64,000 bases of DNA from Felis catus (taxonomy: Eukaryota). The stretch covers positions 54,438,001 through 54,502,000 of the forward strand of contig NC_058368.1 of the NCBI RefSeq assembly GCF_018350175.1. The letters are read 5' to 3'. The notes under the pieces were generated by a model. The model did no database searches. It saw nothing but the letters and a program-made list of their open reading frames with translations, and was not told where the DNA came from. Position numbers and translations under genes: made by a program. This document shows positions 12,330 to 25,980 of this stretch, one piece after another; the first letter of the stretch is position 1, and each line of letters begins with the position of its first letter.

Positions 12330-14240
12330 CGAAAAAACTGAACTAAATAAATAACACAATGCTTTTCAAGATATTGGGCATGAGGCAACAGAAAATGGAG
12401 ACTTTTGAGATACAGAAAATGAGGTAAACCCTAAAATTGCCTAAGGTTACTTATTTGAGGGAACTTCCAGGTTACAGAGTGAGAAGGAGAAACCCAGGTA
12501 GAGCTAGGCAGACTTCCTATGTTGAAGACACAGATCTCATAGTCCAGGGAAAACAAGGTAGCTAGATTGTCAGTAGATGATAGAGTACTGGGATAACAAA
12601 GCTGCACAGAGAGAGTTCCAGAGATCTGTAGAGGGATCCCTCAAGTGTTCATCAGACTACTGATCAGTGAAAGAATGTGAAAAACTACCTGAGGCTTGGA
12701 AATGAACCACCTAAAAGGATTAGAATACAGTAACTTGAGCTCACCCAGGGCTGGGAATAAACTCTATTTCCATCACCCAGATTGGAAACCCTCATAATTC
12801 ATTGAACATTTGGTATTCAGAAGACTCTTGCCTCTGTGCTAGGGAATAATTAGCTAGACTGAGCACTGCTCCAGACCTTAACAAATCTTAAATATAAGGC
12901 TCAAAAGCCTCAAACCATTTTTTAGTATCATGAATGAGTCCAAGAACAAAGATTGAGAATATAGGATTACAAAATTATCCAGCATCCAACAAGGTAAAAT
13001 TAACAATGCCTGATGTCCAATAAAAAATTATCAGCCATTCAGACAGGCAGGAGAATGCAATCCATAATGAGGAGAAAATGAAATCAATTGAAACTGACCC
13101 AGATGTTAGAATTGGCAGACAAGAACATTAAAGCAGTTATTACAACTGTATTCCATATGTTCAAAAAGCTACAGGAAAAATTGAATATGTAAGTAGTGAC
13201 AGAAAAGACATAAAAATATAGCCAAACGTCTAGAGGTGAAAACGACAATGTCTGAGATGAAAAATGCATTGGATGTTATTAACTGCAGACTATACATTGC
13301 AGAACAAATGATTAGTGAATTCGTAGACAAAGCAATAGAAATTATGCAAAATTGGAACACACAGGGAAAAATATATAATTTAAAAATGAACAGGGGCACC
13401 AAAATAGCTCAGTCAGTTTAGCGTCTGACTCTTGGTTTCAGCTCAGGTCATGATCTCACCATTTCATGGGTTCCAGCCGTACATTGGACTCTGCACTGGC
13501 AGCACAGCACTTGCTTGGTATTCTCACTCTCTTCCTCTCTCTCTGCCCCTCCCCCACCCGTGTTGTCTCTATCTCTCTCAAAATAAATAAATTAATTTAA
13601 AACATAATAATAAAAAACAAAATGAACAGAACACTAGTGAGCTTTGGGACAATTTTTAAAAAAATTTATAATTGCAATTGGAAGCATGATATTTGGCTGA
13701 GATGGGGAAAGGGAAGTGGCAGAAAAGAATATTTGAAGAAATAATGACATAAAAATTTCCAGATTGATTAAACTATTCAAAAATTTTAACAGTTCCAAAT
13801 ATCTCAACTAACTCCAAGCACAATGCAGAAAAACAGTCCAGCTAAGTGAAACGTGAAGCATTAGTTACTAAATCATCTTTGCACCATGAGTTAATGGTTT
13901 GAACAGTGAGTGCTTCAGATAGTAAACTTAATCCTAATAGTTTCTAAGGAGCCATTAAAAGCATTACAATAAGTACACGGTAATATTAAGATAAGAATGA
14001 ACATTTTGGGGACACAATTATACTGTAAAAATGTCATCAGTTTTAATTACAAGTGGAATATTTGACCTACGATATTTCAGAACGGGTGTTGAGTATCTAA
14101 TGTTTAAAATCTAGGTAACTCATAAATTAAACTGGACCAGTGATAAAGAGAAAGTCTTAAAGGTACACAGAGGGAAATACACATTATATTTAGCAGAACA
14201 AAGATAGTTTGCTGGAAATAATGCAAACGATAAAACAGTT
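12330..14240 (+). mobile_element. Ancient L1 (L1M-type) 5' end and ORF1 remnant, interrupted
   Basis: ORF 13236-13421 MKTTMSEMKNALDVINCRLYIAEQMISEFVDKAIE is ORF1 coiled-coil-like; resumes at 16367. Confidence 0.8.
13393..13618 (+). mobile_element. Carnivore SINE inside old L1 ORF1
   Basis: SINE body and A tail; TSD aaaatgaacag on both sides. Confidence 0.93.
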
Positions 14241-16350
14241 GGGAGGAGAAGATGGCAGCAGAGTAGGATGACCCTAGGCTCGCCTCATCCCACAAATACA
14301 ACTAGATAACTATTAAATCATCCTAAGTACTCCAGAAATTGATCTGAAGACTGGCCAAACAAACTCCACAGCTAAAGGTAGAGACAAGGCCACATGCAAG
14401 AAGGTAAGACGTGCAGAGATGCAGTCTGGGAGAGAAACAGATTGTGGCCCCTACAGTGGTAAGGGAGCACTGTTCACAGAGAAGGGTGAGAGAAAAACTA
14501 GCACACAGAGGAGGTCACGGGGAAAACAAATCCTCATAGCAATTGGCTTGGAAAGTGAGAGAGGGTCCACATTGATGAGTTCTTTCAACCAGAGGGACTT
14601 AAAGCCTAGAGTTTTTAAGGCCAGTATGCTTGGTTCTGGGAGAGCTCAGAGGATATTGGGGCTGCTCTTGGAGAAAAGACTGGGCAAACAGACAGCTGAC
14701 ATACAATGTGGAAACACTATATGAAGAGCTTGCACATACAATGAGGAAATTAGTTGATCATTATAGAGCATGTCCCACAGAAGTAGTGTTCATAGAGAGA
14801 TCCCTCCAGGAACCCATCCCTCAGCATAAGCACAGAGCCACCTGCAGGAATCAGTGCAGCACTGACACTCGCTACCTAACTTACTTACACCAACCCTCTC
14901 CCTACACTCTGCTCCAGAAGAACCACCTTTCCCAATCATACTTGCTTCAGTCCCAGTGCAGCAGGCCCCCTCCCCCAGAAGACTGGTCCTAATCCCTGTC
15001 AACACTGCATCTAGTTTTGTGAGGCCTTGGTTCCAGCGGCAGCAGCAACAGGTCTCATTACGTAAGCAGATCAGAGCACACCTAGTTAAAGCTGACCCAT
15101 TCAGGACAGGGACCAAACAGTCCCACAGCAAGCAAAGAGAGCATTGCAGATGACTGGCCTGAAGGACAACTGACCAGGACAAAACAGCAGAGCACATGCA
15201 GCACACACTGGAGACAGTCATGGAAGCACCAGGCCCTGGGGAACAGGGAATATTATATGACAGGGCACTACCAGACCTCTTCATAATAAAGCCATTACCT
15301 TCAAGAACAGGAGACATAGCTACTTTCCTAACACACAGAAACAGGAGCAGAGACTTAAGACAAAATGAGTAGACAGAGGCATTTGTCCCAAATGAAAGAA
15401 CAGAACAAGGCCACAGCCAGAGATATAAGCAAAACAGATATAAGTAACATGCCTGATGGACATCTGTGAGACCATTAACATAGAAATAAGGAATAATATG
15501 GCAGAGATAAAGGGATCAATATGCAACGTGAGAAATATGCTTGATCTAATGAATTAATGACCTTAAAGAAAGAGTAATGGAAAGTAAGTAAGCTGAACAA
15601 AAGAGAGAAAAAATAGTTATGCAAAATGAGAATAGACTTAGGGAATTCAGTGACTCCATAAGATGTAATAACATTCATATTATAGGAGGCTCACAAAAGA
15701 AAAGAGAGAGAAAGGGGGAAGAGAATTTATTTGAAGAGATAATAGCTGAAAACTTGACTAATCTGGGGAAAGAAGCAAATATGCAGATCCAGGAGGCACA
15801 GAAAACCCTCCAAAAATCAACAAAAGTAGATGAACATCAAGATATATTATAATTAAAATGGCAAAATACAGTGATAAAGAAAAAAATATTAAAGGTAGCA
15901 AGACAAAAGAAGAGAGTACATGCAAAGGAATCCCATAAGGTTATCAGCAGATTTTTCAGCAGAAACTTTCCAAGCCAGAAAGGAGAATAGAAGAAGAAAT
16001 AGTTTCCCAGACAAATAAAAGCTAAAGGAGTTCATGACCATTAAACCAACCCTGAAAGAAATATTCAAAAAGACTCATTGAATAGAAAGGAAAGACCAAA
16101 AATGACAGTATGAAGATAGGAAACACAAAAGCAATAAAGATGAATATTTCTATAAAAAGTGCATCAAGGAACTCACAAAAGAAAAGAATGTAAAATATGC
16201 ACCATATACCTAAAATGTGGGGAGGAGAGGGGTTAAGAATGGGCTCAAACTTAAATGACCATCAACGTAGTATAGATTGCTACATGCAGAAGATTTTACA
16301 TACAAATGGTATACAAATGGTATTGATTTTATATACTAATGGTAACCACA
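14241..16350 (+). mobile_element. Carnivore L1: 5'UTR plus ORF1 only, 3'-truncated, TSD-flanked
   Basis: Starts gggaggagaagatggc (YY1-type L1 start); ORF1 ATG about 15365 (track 15619: MQNENRLREFSDSIRCNNIHIIG); ends in the inter-ORF spacer; TSD 14225-14240 / 16351-16366. Confidence 0.88.
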
Positions 16351-16366
16351 AAGCAATAAAATAGTT

Positions 16367-18610
16367 AAACAACATCTTTAAAGAAATGAAAAAATAAAAA
16401 AAACATAAAACCTCTCAGCCTAGAAACTATATACCTAGCAAAATATCTTTAATAATAAACCCAAAATAAGGACAAAAAAGGCAAAAGGATGTTTAAAAAC
16501 TTTGTCACCAGCAGGCTTAAATTACAAGAACTGCTAAGAAATGTTAAAGAAGTTTTTTTTCTTTTTTAGGGAGATAAGAAATTTTCTTCTTCTTTAAGTT
16601 CACTTTCAAGATATTGAATGATTAAAGAAAACAGTAATACTGTATTGTAAAGGTTATGAAAGTGTAGAAATAAATGTATGACAATGATAGTGTAGGGGCC
16701 AGGAGGAAAAAAAATGCAATTAAACTGTTGAGTTTCTTACAACATATATGAAGAATTGTATTAAGTCAGATGGTAAAGTTAAAGATACATAAAACATAGG
16801 AAAATAATCACTAAAGTAACACAATAGTTACAGTATATTGAAGATATAAAATATTATTAACCATGAAAAATATTAAACGAAAAGAAGGCAGTACCAAAAA
16901 GGTGGGGGTAAAAAAGGCTAAAAGGGAAGAAAAAAGGAACATGGAACACATAAGACAAACGGAGATGAACAAGAAATTGTTATATTTAAAACAAACTATG
17001 TAACCATTACATTAAATGTAAATGGGATAAAAATAACATATATTGCTAGATTGGATAAAATAGCAAGACATATGTGCCTATGAGAGATCAGTGTTAAATA
17101 ATAAGATACAAACATGCCAATATTAAAAGGATAAAAAATTACATGTCATGATAACATTAATCAAAGGAAAGCTGTTTTGGCTATATTGATAAAAACACAG
17201 TACACTGCAGAGCAAAGAATATTACCAGGATTAAAGAAATTCATTTCATTGTGATAAAGGGATAACCTACAAACCTAAATGTTTATGTAACTAGTGATAG
17301 AGCTTCAAAATACATGATACTAAAATTGAAGACAGTCAAGGAGAAATGGAAAAATCTACAACTATAGTCAAAGATTTTAATATCCTCATCTCAATAATAG
17401 AAAATAGCTGGAAAATCAATAATCATACATGGGATTTGAGCAACACTATTAAACATATTAACTTAATTGTCTCAATACTCTATCCAAAGGCAGGAAAACA
17501 TACATTCTATTTTTGTTCTCATAGAAAATTTACAAGATAATCGATATTGTGGGCTATAAAACAAGTCTCAATAAATTTAAAGAGATTCAGGCTAGATATT
17601 CTCTGAACAAAATGAAATTAGAAATCATTAACAAAACTTTCTGGGAAGTTTCCTATATTTGGAAACTATATAACATGCTTATAAATAACTCACGTCTCAA
17701 ATCTATTTTAAAATAAATAGAGTTTCTAAAAAACATCAAAATTTGTGGGATATTGCATATTCAACACTTAAAGAAATTTGTGGAACTAAATGCATGTATT
17801 ATTTGAAAAAAAAAATGGTCTCAAATTCATGACCACAACTTCCACCTTAAGAGTGTAAAAAATAAAATGCAAATGACACCTAATGTAAGCAGAAGAAAGA
17901 AAATAGTAAAGACCAGAGTGAAAATCAATAAAATAGGAAACAATTTTAAAACAGAGAAAATATGAAACCAGAAGATAGTTCTTTGTAAAAGTTTTAAAAA
18001 TAAAAGAAATAAATTTCTAGCCAGAATAGTTAGAAGAAAAGGTAAAAGAAACAAAGTACTTCTATCAGAAATGAGATAAATGACATTACTAGAGATTCAA
18101 TTAATATCAAAAGCATAATTGGAGATATTATAAACAACTTTATGCAAAGAAATTTGACAAAAACAGTAAAGTGAATAAAATCTTAGAAACAGGAAGAAAT
18201 ATATTGCTTGTATGTCTATTAAAGAAATTGGATTTGTAGTTAAGACATTCCAAAAAGAAAACTCCTGAATTGAATGCCTTTACTGGTGAATTAAAACAAA
18301 AATTAAGGAAGATAAAATTCTAATTCTACACAAAGTTCCAGGAAATTGTAGAGAAAGAATTACTTTCCAACTCATTCTATGAGGCCAGCATTACACTGCT
18401 ATCAAAACCAAAGACAGAGCAAGAACACTGAGAATGAGAATGCTGAGTAATATCCCTTACAAACACGATACAAAAATTCCTAACAAAATTTTACAGAACA
18501 AATCCATAAATATATAAGGTTCAGTTTATCCCTGGAATGCATACATAATTTACCATTCAATAATAAATTCATACTATTTACTATATTAATTAACTAAAAA
18601 AAATGAGACT
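16367..18610 (+). mobile_element. Ancient L1 continuation: ORF1 end and decayed ORF2 (endonuclease to early RT)
   Basis: Track 17346 (TTIVKDFNILISII) is EN-like; caactcattctatgaggccagcattac is an RT-region motif. Confidence 0.88.
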
Positions 18611-19339
18611 TGATATATAAACCATTTCCTCTAGGAGTTGTGCAACCTGGAGGAAAAGGTTGGAGTCAGATTCTAGTTATAGGTCTGAAAGTAATAAGGG
18701 GTGGCAAAAATGGGACACAAGCAGAATTCCCTTGTCCTTGTAAGGTAAATGCTTTAGGCATTCATTACAGAGATCTCAAACAAGTCAAGGAGAAATTAGT
18801 TGCTTCCTCAGGCAAAAAATAAGCTCTGTAGGATTTAGTGGTTCAGAGTGAACTGTTTTATATAACTTAATCTTATGACTTTATTCTAAATCTCAGTTTA
18901 CTACTCCTCCCAACTGTTTCCTAAGGTCAACTGGTCTGTTTGTAAGTATTATTAACATTTTATTTTGCTAACTCATTTTCTTGCTCAAGCTTCTGCTACA
19001 AGTGATAAAGACTTATCGAATGGGGAGCGCTTTGATAGCTTTGTTCTCCTTCTTTACGGCCACACGTCAGTTACAAAAAGGGAAGCTGACATGACAGTCC
19101 TAGAATTTTTCATAATCAACATTTTATTTAATCACAGCTGCTGTTTAATCAAGATCTAAACTCCTTGACATAGGAGAACACAGACAATAACAATGCGCTG
19201 TTTTGCCATTGTGTGTCAGAGACTGTTAGAGACCTATTCTCTAATTGTAGTTTTCTCATGGCGTTCAGATCCATGCATATTAAATAACCCATCCTAGATT
19301 CCTATCATTGAATGTCTACTACCTTCAACCACTTCCAGT

Positions 19340-19500
19340 GTCAACAGTCTTTCAGTCATTTTTGTAGTCATAATAAATTAAAATATGCTGTCCAGTTTAA
19401 GAAAAAAAGAATTCATTAAAGAATATTAGAATTTAACAGAATCAGTAGGATAATTGGAGGAAACAAAATTTGAGGTTAAACTTGTAGGTGACGATCTAAA
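19340..19500. mobile_element. Possible MLT1-type LTR fragment
   Basis: ccagtttaagaaaaaaagaattcattaaagaatattagaatttaacagaatc resembles old MaLR LTRs. Confidence 0.4.
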
Positions 19501-20099
19501 ACTATGCTGCAAAATTTACCTCAGAGGAAAACCTGTTTGGGCTGCCTCTCAAAACGAAATGGCAAAAAAATAGTCAACTTTACTACAATGCTTCTATTAG
19601 TACTACCAATGTTGATGGCAATTCTGCATGAGAAATATAATCTTGCTACTACTACCATTCCTCAAGTATGGAACTCAAAATTTCAGTTCTACTGAGTGGA
19701 ACATGATTCCTGATATGATGATTTTTTAAAACACAAGCAAGTTATTAAACAATGGTTGGTGCCCAAGAATATGCCATATTTTCCTTACAGTTAGCATGCT
19801 TTGCTTATTTCTCCATTTATAAGTAGGGTTTATTTATCATATTCAATTTCCTAATTTAGTACATACCCTGTAGGATATAGGATCATGACAAAACCATTGT
19901 TTATCACCTACAGATCCTGTATTTTGAGCTAGAGATACCATGTGATGGGACTTTGTGCTGTTTTACTTTTGACAGTGTAAGAAAATATTCTCAGCTGTCT
20001 GAAACTTGAAAGTATTATATTACATGGGAGCCTTTACAATAAAATGATTATAGAAGCAAGAGGCATGTAACTATTGAATAATCAGAAGGATAGGATCTA

Positions 20100-20360
20100 T
20101 TCTGGGTATCTGTCATTTTTTGGCCAGCTAGTTCTGAACTACCTTCATATTTAGGGAAAACTCTTTATTATGTGAGTTTTGGTGAATGGGGCACAGATAA
20201 TCTCTCACTACCTGCAGCTAAGCTTTCAGACACATAATTTAGGGTAAATCAATCATATATGCCCAATGGGACTTTGAAATTTGAGAGTAGTACAAAGAGA
20301 AGGATACTTAGAATTTATTCACAGTGGCAGAGATGGAACTGAGATTTTGTTGATCACAGC
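20100..20360. mobile_element. Possible LTR16-like ERVL LTR fragment
   Basis: tgtgagttttggtgaa...ctgcagcta...caatcatatatgccc...ggactttgaa order resembles the LTR16 family. Confidence 0.45.
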
Positions 20361-21017
20361 AGGGAATGTCATCATTGGGTTTTTATGAAGATTTAGTAAG
20401 TTGAGGTGCATAAACTGGTTTCAATAATTCACAGAGTACATCCTAGGTAAGTGTTTATTATTAAGTCAGAGGCCATTTCAGGCATTACCAAAATTGGACT
20501 TAAGAGCATGTTACTAGTCCAGGAATTCAGAATTAAAATCACTCCTTGCTACAGTAATTTTCACACTTTTGTAGTTTAGTTTGTATTTCCTTAGATGTGA
20601 AAGAAATATTTTATTAAATTGGATGTCTACATAAATCAAATGGAGTCAATGTAACCTCCAATCAGTGTAACTCATTTACTCTTGCAAGAGTTACCGTGTG
20701 ATCACTTTTTGTGTTTTGGGAGTAGACTTGCAAAAGTGGATCCAGAACTAGTGCAATAGATAGACAACTTCACTCCATTAATCTTCTTAATGGGAAGAAA
20801 AGAAGAACTAGTGTTTGCTATTGCCTAAGCATAAAGTCAGATGCAGTAAGTGGAAGGCTGGCTATCCGATGTAGCCGGTCTGTTCATTTCACCATATCAA
20901 GCATTCACACTAGTTGGAAGCAATCCTGGAGTACTGTGTAATGTTTCAGAAAGTCCAGTTTGGGAAGTGTCATTTGCATAGTATATACCACCTATGGCTT
21001 TGCACTTTATTCTCAGA

Positions 21018-21052
21018 TTTTTTTATAAAAATTTGTTTAATGTTTATTTATT

Positions 21053-21087
<35 letters not shown>

Positions 21088-21250
21088 GAGGGGACAGGAA
21101 CAGAGAGAGAGAGAGAGAGAGAGAGGGAGACACTGAATCTGAAACAGGCTCCAGGCTCTGAGCTGTCAGCACAGAGCCTGACATGGGTCTCAAACTCACG
21201 AACCACAAGATCATGACTTGAGCTGACGTTGGATGCTTAACCGACTGAGC
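21018..21250 (-). mobile_element. Carnivore SINE lacking about 14 nt of its 5' head, with expanded (GA)n
   Basis: Ends at ttaaccgactgagc without cacccaggcgcccc. Confidence 0.95.
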
Positions 21251-21459
21251 TTCTTCGTTCTTAGGATTTTTGGAATTAGTGTTCTTGAGTACTGCCAAAC
21301 TGTGCCTCAGTGAAAATAAATATATTTTATTCTCTATCTGGAAGTATGGGAATTATAAATGTTGTTTGCTTGTTTGCTTTTACTTTTTCTTATATTTATG
21401 ATAAAAAATAGTATTATAATATAATTGATAAATTCTGAATTTCATCTTGATTTTTATAC

Positions 21460-21590
21460 TCCTAGGGTCTTCATTTTATATGTAAGAAAGTTGAAACCTA
21501 GCAATTGTAATGACTTGTTCAAGGTCAGATATATAATAAATGGCAGAAATGGATGAAATCTGGGTTACAATAGTCACTCATTAAGCTGCC
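21460..21590 (-). mobile_element. MIR fragment
   Basis: cattttatatgtaagaaagttgaaacctag...tgacttgttcaaggtca...aaatggcaga. Confidence 0.65.
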
Positions 21591-21605
21591 TCCTAACAGA
21601 AGACA

Positions 21606-21617
21606 TTTTATTTATTT

Positions 21618-21666
<49 letters not shown>

Positions 21667-21880
21667 AAGTTTGTTTATTTTAAGAGAGAGAGTGTGTGTG
21701 CACTTGCAGGAGCTCATGTGAGTGGGGGAGGGGCAGAGAGAGAAGGAGAGAGAATTCCCAGCACGCCCTGCACTGTCACCACAGGCCCCATGCAGGGCTC
21801 AGACCCACAAATTATGAGATAATGAACTGATCTGAAACCAAGATCTAGAAGCTTAACCAACCGAGCCACCCAGGAGCCCC
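21606..21880 (-). mobile_element. Carnivore SINE with (ATTT)n tail microsatellite
   Basis: TSD taacagaaga(c/t)a at 21594 and 21881. Confidence 0.95.
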
Positions 21881-23039
21881 TAACAGAAGATACTTTATAG
21901 CTGACAAATGCTCATCACAAAAGAAGAGAATTTCAACAAGTCATCTGATTTTCAATCCTACCTTTTGATTCCATTAGGAAGAACTGATACCACCCTACAG
22001 GAAAAATAAAAACAACAGCACAATTGGCAAAGTTCATCAAGCCCCTTTACCTCCTCTTTGTCAATGTTAACATGGACACATTATGAAAATGATCACCCTA
22101 ATTATTAGTATCTTCTCATTGTTGTCAAAGCCATGTGGTGAAAAGCCTATATACACTTTGACACTAGGATGAGTCCAACTATAATGAGCACACTTAATTC
22201 ATCTTAATACAAATTATATCAATAAATCAGGAGCTATTGCTTTCCAATAAAGCACAAACTAGAGCCAGTATTTCTATTTTCAAATATCATATGTTTCAAA
22301 AATTGTATAATGTGCTGTTTTGGTAAATTATAACTCTTAATTTATTTTTTCAATATAGATCTAAAAAGCACTTGCCATATACAAGCCAAGATTTGTAAGA
22401 AAAATACTAAATATTATTATAAAATTTTATTTTATAATTCTTCACAGCTTAAAGATATAGTGAGTAATAATTTTATTCCCAATTTTTTTTTAGCATTTTG
22501 GGATTATCTACTCATAAATACATAATTCAGCAATTATGTCCTACTATACATATTCCATCAGTTTCCTTTGACTCAACTTTTTGAAATTTCTAAACTTGAG
22601 ATCTTGAAGAGATTCATAATTTTCAACTTTATCAAGATAACATCTGCTTGTTTGTAAGTTTATCCAAATTCTAGAATATAAGAAACTTGGAGATTTGAGG
22701 GTTCTTGATTTTTTTCCATTTTTTATTATTGTCTAAAGGCACAATACTATAGTAATTTCTTGTTTTGCCCCAATTAAAAACAGAGACCAATTTTAAATAA
22801 TTTTTAATAAATATTTTATTAATTAATTAATTTTTAATAATTAAAAAATACTCTGTCAATAATTTGTGCTTGGTTTAAGTTGGATAATTCCTTCATTCTC
22901 TCAATTCTCTTCTGCTCTACACCAATTAAGAAATCGAAGAAAAATGAATATTATTGTATTCTTCTCTGAATATTTCATCTACCTATTTGCCTTAAATGAA
23001 AGTGAATCTTTCCTGGTATCACTCTTTTTCTACAGTGGA

Positions 23040-23460
23040 GACCACTTACTGTGTCATATTTCAATACATCAGAGTTGGGAACTGTAGTCAGTGTCCTTCA
23101 TGATCTCCAAACCTCCTCCAGTGTATTACTCTCCTTCTCTCCGGTCAAATCCCATTCTAATTTGAACATGTTTAATCCAGTTATATTTCAAATATCCATT
23201 CATTTTTTTCTTTCACTTTATATGTTTACTGCAACTGCCTTCAGGTTGTCCCATTTCTCTCTTCTATTGCACCCAGTTTACATCAACAACAAAACACAGA
23301 TCTGCAAAATCTCTCCCTGTCTGCCTTCTCTGAATCTACACAATGGTTCTTGAGTACTGGTAGGAACACTAATCACATACACATACAATCATAAGTCTAC
23401 AATTTATGGTTCTGTCCATAAAAAATTGCTTTCTGTCATCAGTTTCCTTCCCCATTCTCC
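23040..23460 (+). mobile_element. Highly decayed L2 fragment
   Basis: Pyrimidine-rich L2-like order ...actgcaactgccttcaggt...aaaacacagatctg. Confidence 0.45.
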
Positions 23461-24329
23461 AGAGTGATATTTCATATCTTCTATATTCTCAAACTTCTGC
23501 TCTACAACCTACATCCCTCCCTTTTCTTCACAGGTAACACAATTTTTGCTGAGGTTACAAAGACTTTGGAATTCATTATTTCAGGCCTCCCTCAATTTCC
23601 TCCCACTTTTAAGTTATTTGTACCTATACCCATCAATTCCTGTAGGCTCATGCTACTAGGGGAAAGAAAAAAAAAACATAGCCAATTGCACCAAACCCTT
23701 GCTATATAGTTGTCAGAGTTCTAAGATTTTTTTTTTCTCACTAGCCCTTCACATAAAATCTATGATTTATACTTATTTCCACTTTGCTTGTGAGGTACAG
23801 AAAAAAATGAGCAACTAGTTCATATCACTCAGCTAAAGAGTTTTTTTAACCAGGATCACACTCAAGTTACCTTAAACACAGTTAATATTACACTTTACGC
23901 TAAAACTAATTATTCAATCTCTACTACTCTGTATAGAATATTTTCCTGCTTGTTCATGGGCTTTATCTTTTTTAAAGTATGTTAATTTTTTGATGTTTCA
24001 TGATATCTTAGGATTCAGTTCCTTTAATAAATATCAATGTTATTCATGCTGTGATGTAGATGATCTTAGACAATTAAAAGTCAAATAAAAATTTATTTTA
24101 CCTATATAAGATATATAATTTAATTGAAATAATAAATATGGGTTTTTTTTTGTAATTATGAAAAGATAATAGTACCCGTAATATGTGCTACAGAGACACA
24201 TTATAAGACTGAGATCTAGATCTCATGATTTTAAGGCAATTATTCACAATGCAAATGCTATTTTAAAAATAATATAAATATACATATATAAATTTAAAAT
24301 GGCACAACATTATTGTTTCAAAAATATTT

Positions 24330-24600
24330 TGCCCAACCTTCACTTATTTCCTAATGGCAACCAAGTTTATATTCTTTATTTATGGGTCTGTTTCTGCTTT
24401 TTTGTTTGTTTGTTTGTTTTGTTTTTTAGATTTCACATATAAGTGAAATCATTTGGGATTTGCCTTTCTCTCTCTGACTTATTTCAATTACTGTAATACC
24501 CTTGAGGTCCATCCATTTGGTTACAAATGGCAATATCTCATTCTTTTTTATGACTAACATCCAATTGTATACATATATCACCTATTTTTTATCAGTTCAT
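24330..24600 (-). mobile_element. L1 3' end fragment
   Basis: ttttagatttcacatataagtgaaatcat...ctgacttatttc...gtccatccat. Confidence 0.88.
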
Positions 24601-25095
24601 AAAACATTATAATGGAGGTTAAAAATCCTTTATACTAGCATTCTTAATCCCAACTTCCTCTCTGCCTTTCCTTTGGGTAGCCATCTCTTAAAAGGTGTTT
24701 GTCATTCCATATGATTTTCTAAGTATTTCTGTACATATACCTGTTCAAAAATGAGTGTTGGGATAGTTAGGTCCTAAACTCTACATATTCCTATTTGCTG
24801 TTTTTATAAAATGGTGTCATAATTTCAATGGGTATAATTAACTATTAGCTTCAACAAAGAATTACATAATATAGATTTTATTTGGCCATGTTCACTCTAA
24901 AAGTAATTTTAAATAATCTACTTTTTCAATATTATGAATAATATTTCATAAATGCTGTCCTGATACATAATTTGATTACTTTTGAGATTAATTACAGAAG
25001 GGAGGTAATTGTTTTGTAAATGTCATCTGCAGAGTTTATTACAAAAAATACTGAACAGATTTTCAAATTCATGTGACTTTAAGAGTGATTCTATT

Positions 25096-25303
25096 CTTTT
25101 TTTAAAGTTTATTTATTTTGAGAGATAGACACAGTGATGGTGGGGGAGGGGAAGAAATCAGGGGAGAGAAAGAGAAATACAAGCAGGCTCTGTGATGTCA
25201 GCATGAAGCCCCACAGGAGGCTTGATCCCATGAACAGTGAGATCGTGACCTGAGCCAAAACCAACAGTAGGACGCTTAACTGACTGAGCCACCCAGGAGC
25301 CCC
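25096..25303 (-). mobile_element. Carnivore SINE
   Basis: TSD aagagtgattctatt / aaggatgattctatt. Confidence 0.94.
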
Positions 25304-25335
25304 AAGGATGATTCTATTTTAAATCAGAGTTAACA

Positions 25336-25528
25336 GGGGTACCTGGGTGGCTCAGCTGCTTGAGCGTCCAACTTCAGCTCAGGTCATGATCTTGTGGTTC
25401 TTGAGTTTGAGCCCCACACTGGGCTCACTGCTGTCAGCTTGTCAGCAAAGATACTGCTTAGGATCCCCTGTCCCCCTCTCTCTGCCCCTCCCCCACTGCG
25501 GTTTCCCAAAAATAAATAAATATTTAAA
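25336..25528 (+). mobile_element. Carnivore SINE, head-to-head with the previous one
   Basis: TSD aaatcagagttaaca / aaatcagagctaaca. Confidence 0.94.
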
Positions 25529-25980
25529 AAATCAGAGCTAACAAAACACTAATATATTTTCTGTTTTATAATTCTGTATCTATTTTTTATTAAATAAACT
25601 TTAGAAAAATAATAGTCCCATCTTATTAAAAGAATCCAATAAGTGAATGTGAATAGGAGAGTCCTAAAACTCTCACATAACACATTTTATAAGTTGTTTT
25701 TGTAAGAGTAAATTAAAAGGTAAATCAAAATATATATTTTCAGACAAAAAATTTAGACACAACACATCAAAACAATACAGCAAAATAAGTTATTTTCCTT
25801 TTAATTTAAATTATAGTTAATATACAGTGCGATATTGGTTTCTGTAGTAGAATTCAGTAATTCATCACTTACCTACAATACCCAGCGCTCATCACAAGTG
25901 CCCTCCTTAGTACTCATCGTCCATCTAGCCCATCTCCCACCCACCTCCCTCAGTTTGTTGTCTATGATTAAGAATCTTTT

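Noticed and set aside
24210..24225. 16-bp palindrome tgagatctagatctca
   Set aside because: About one is expected by chance in 64 kb
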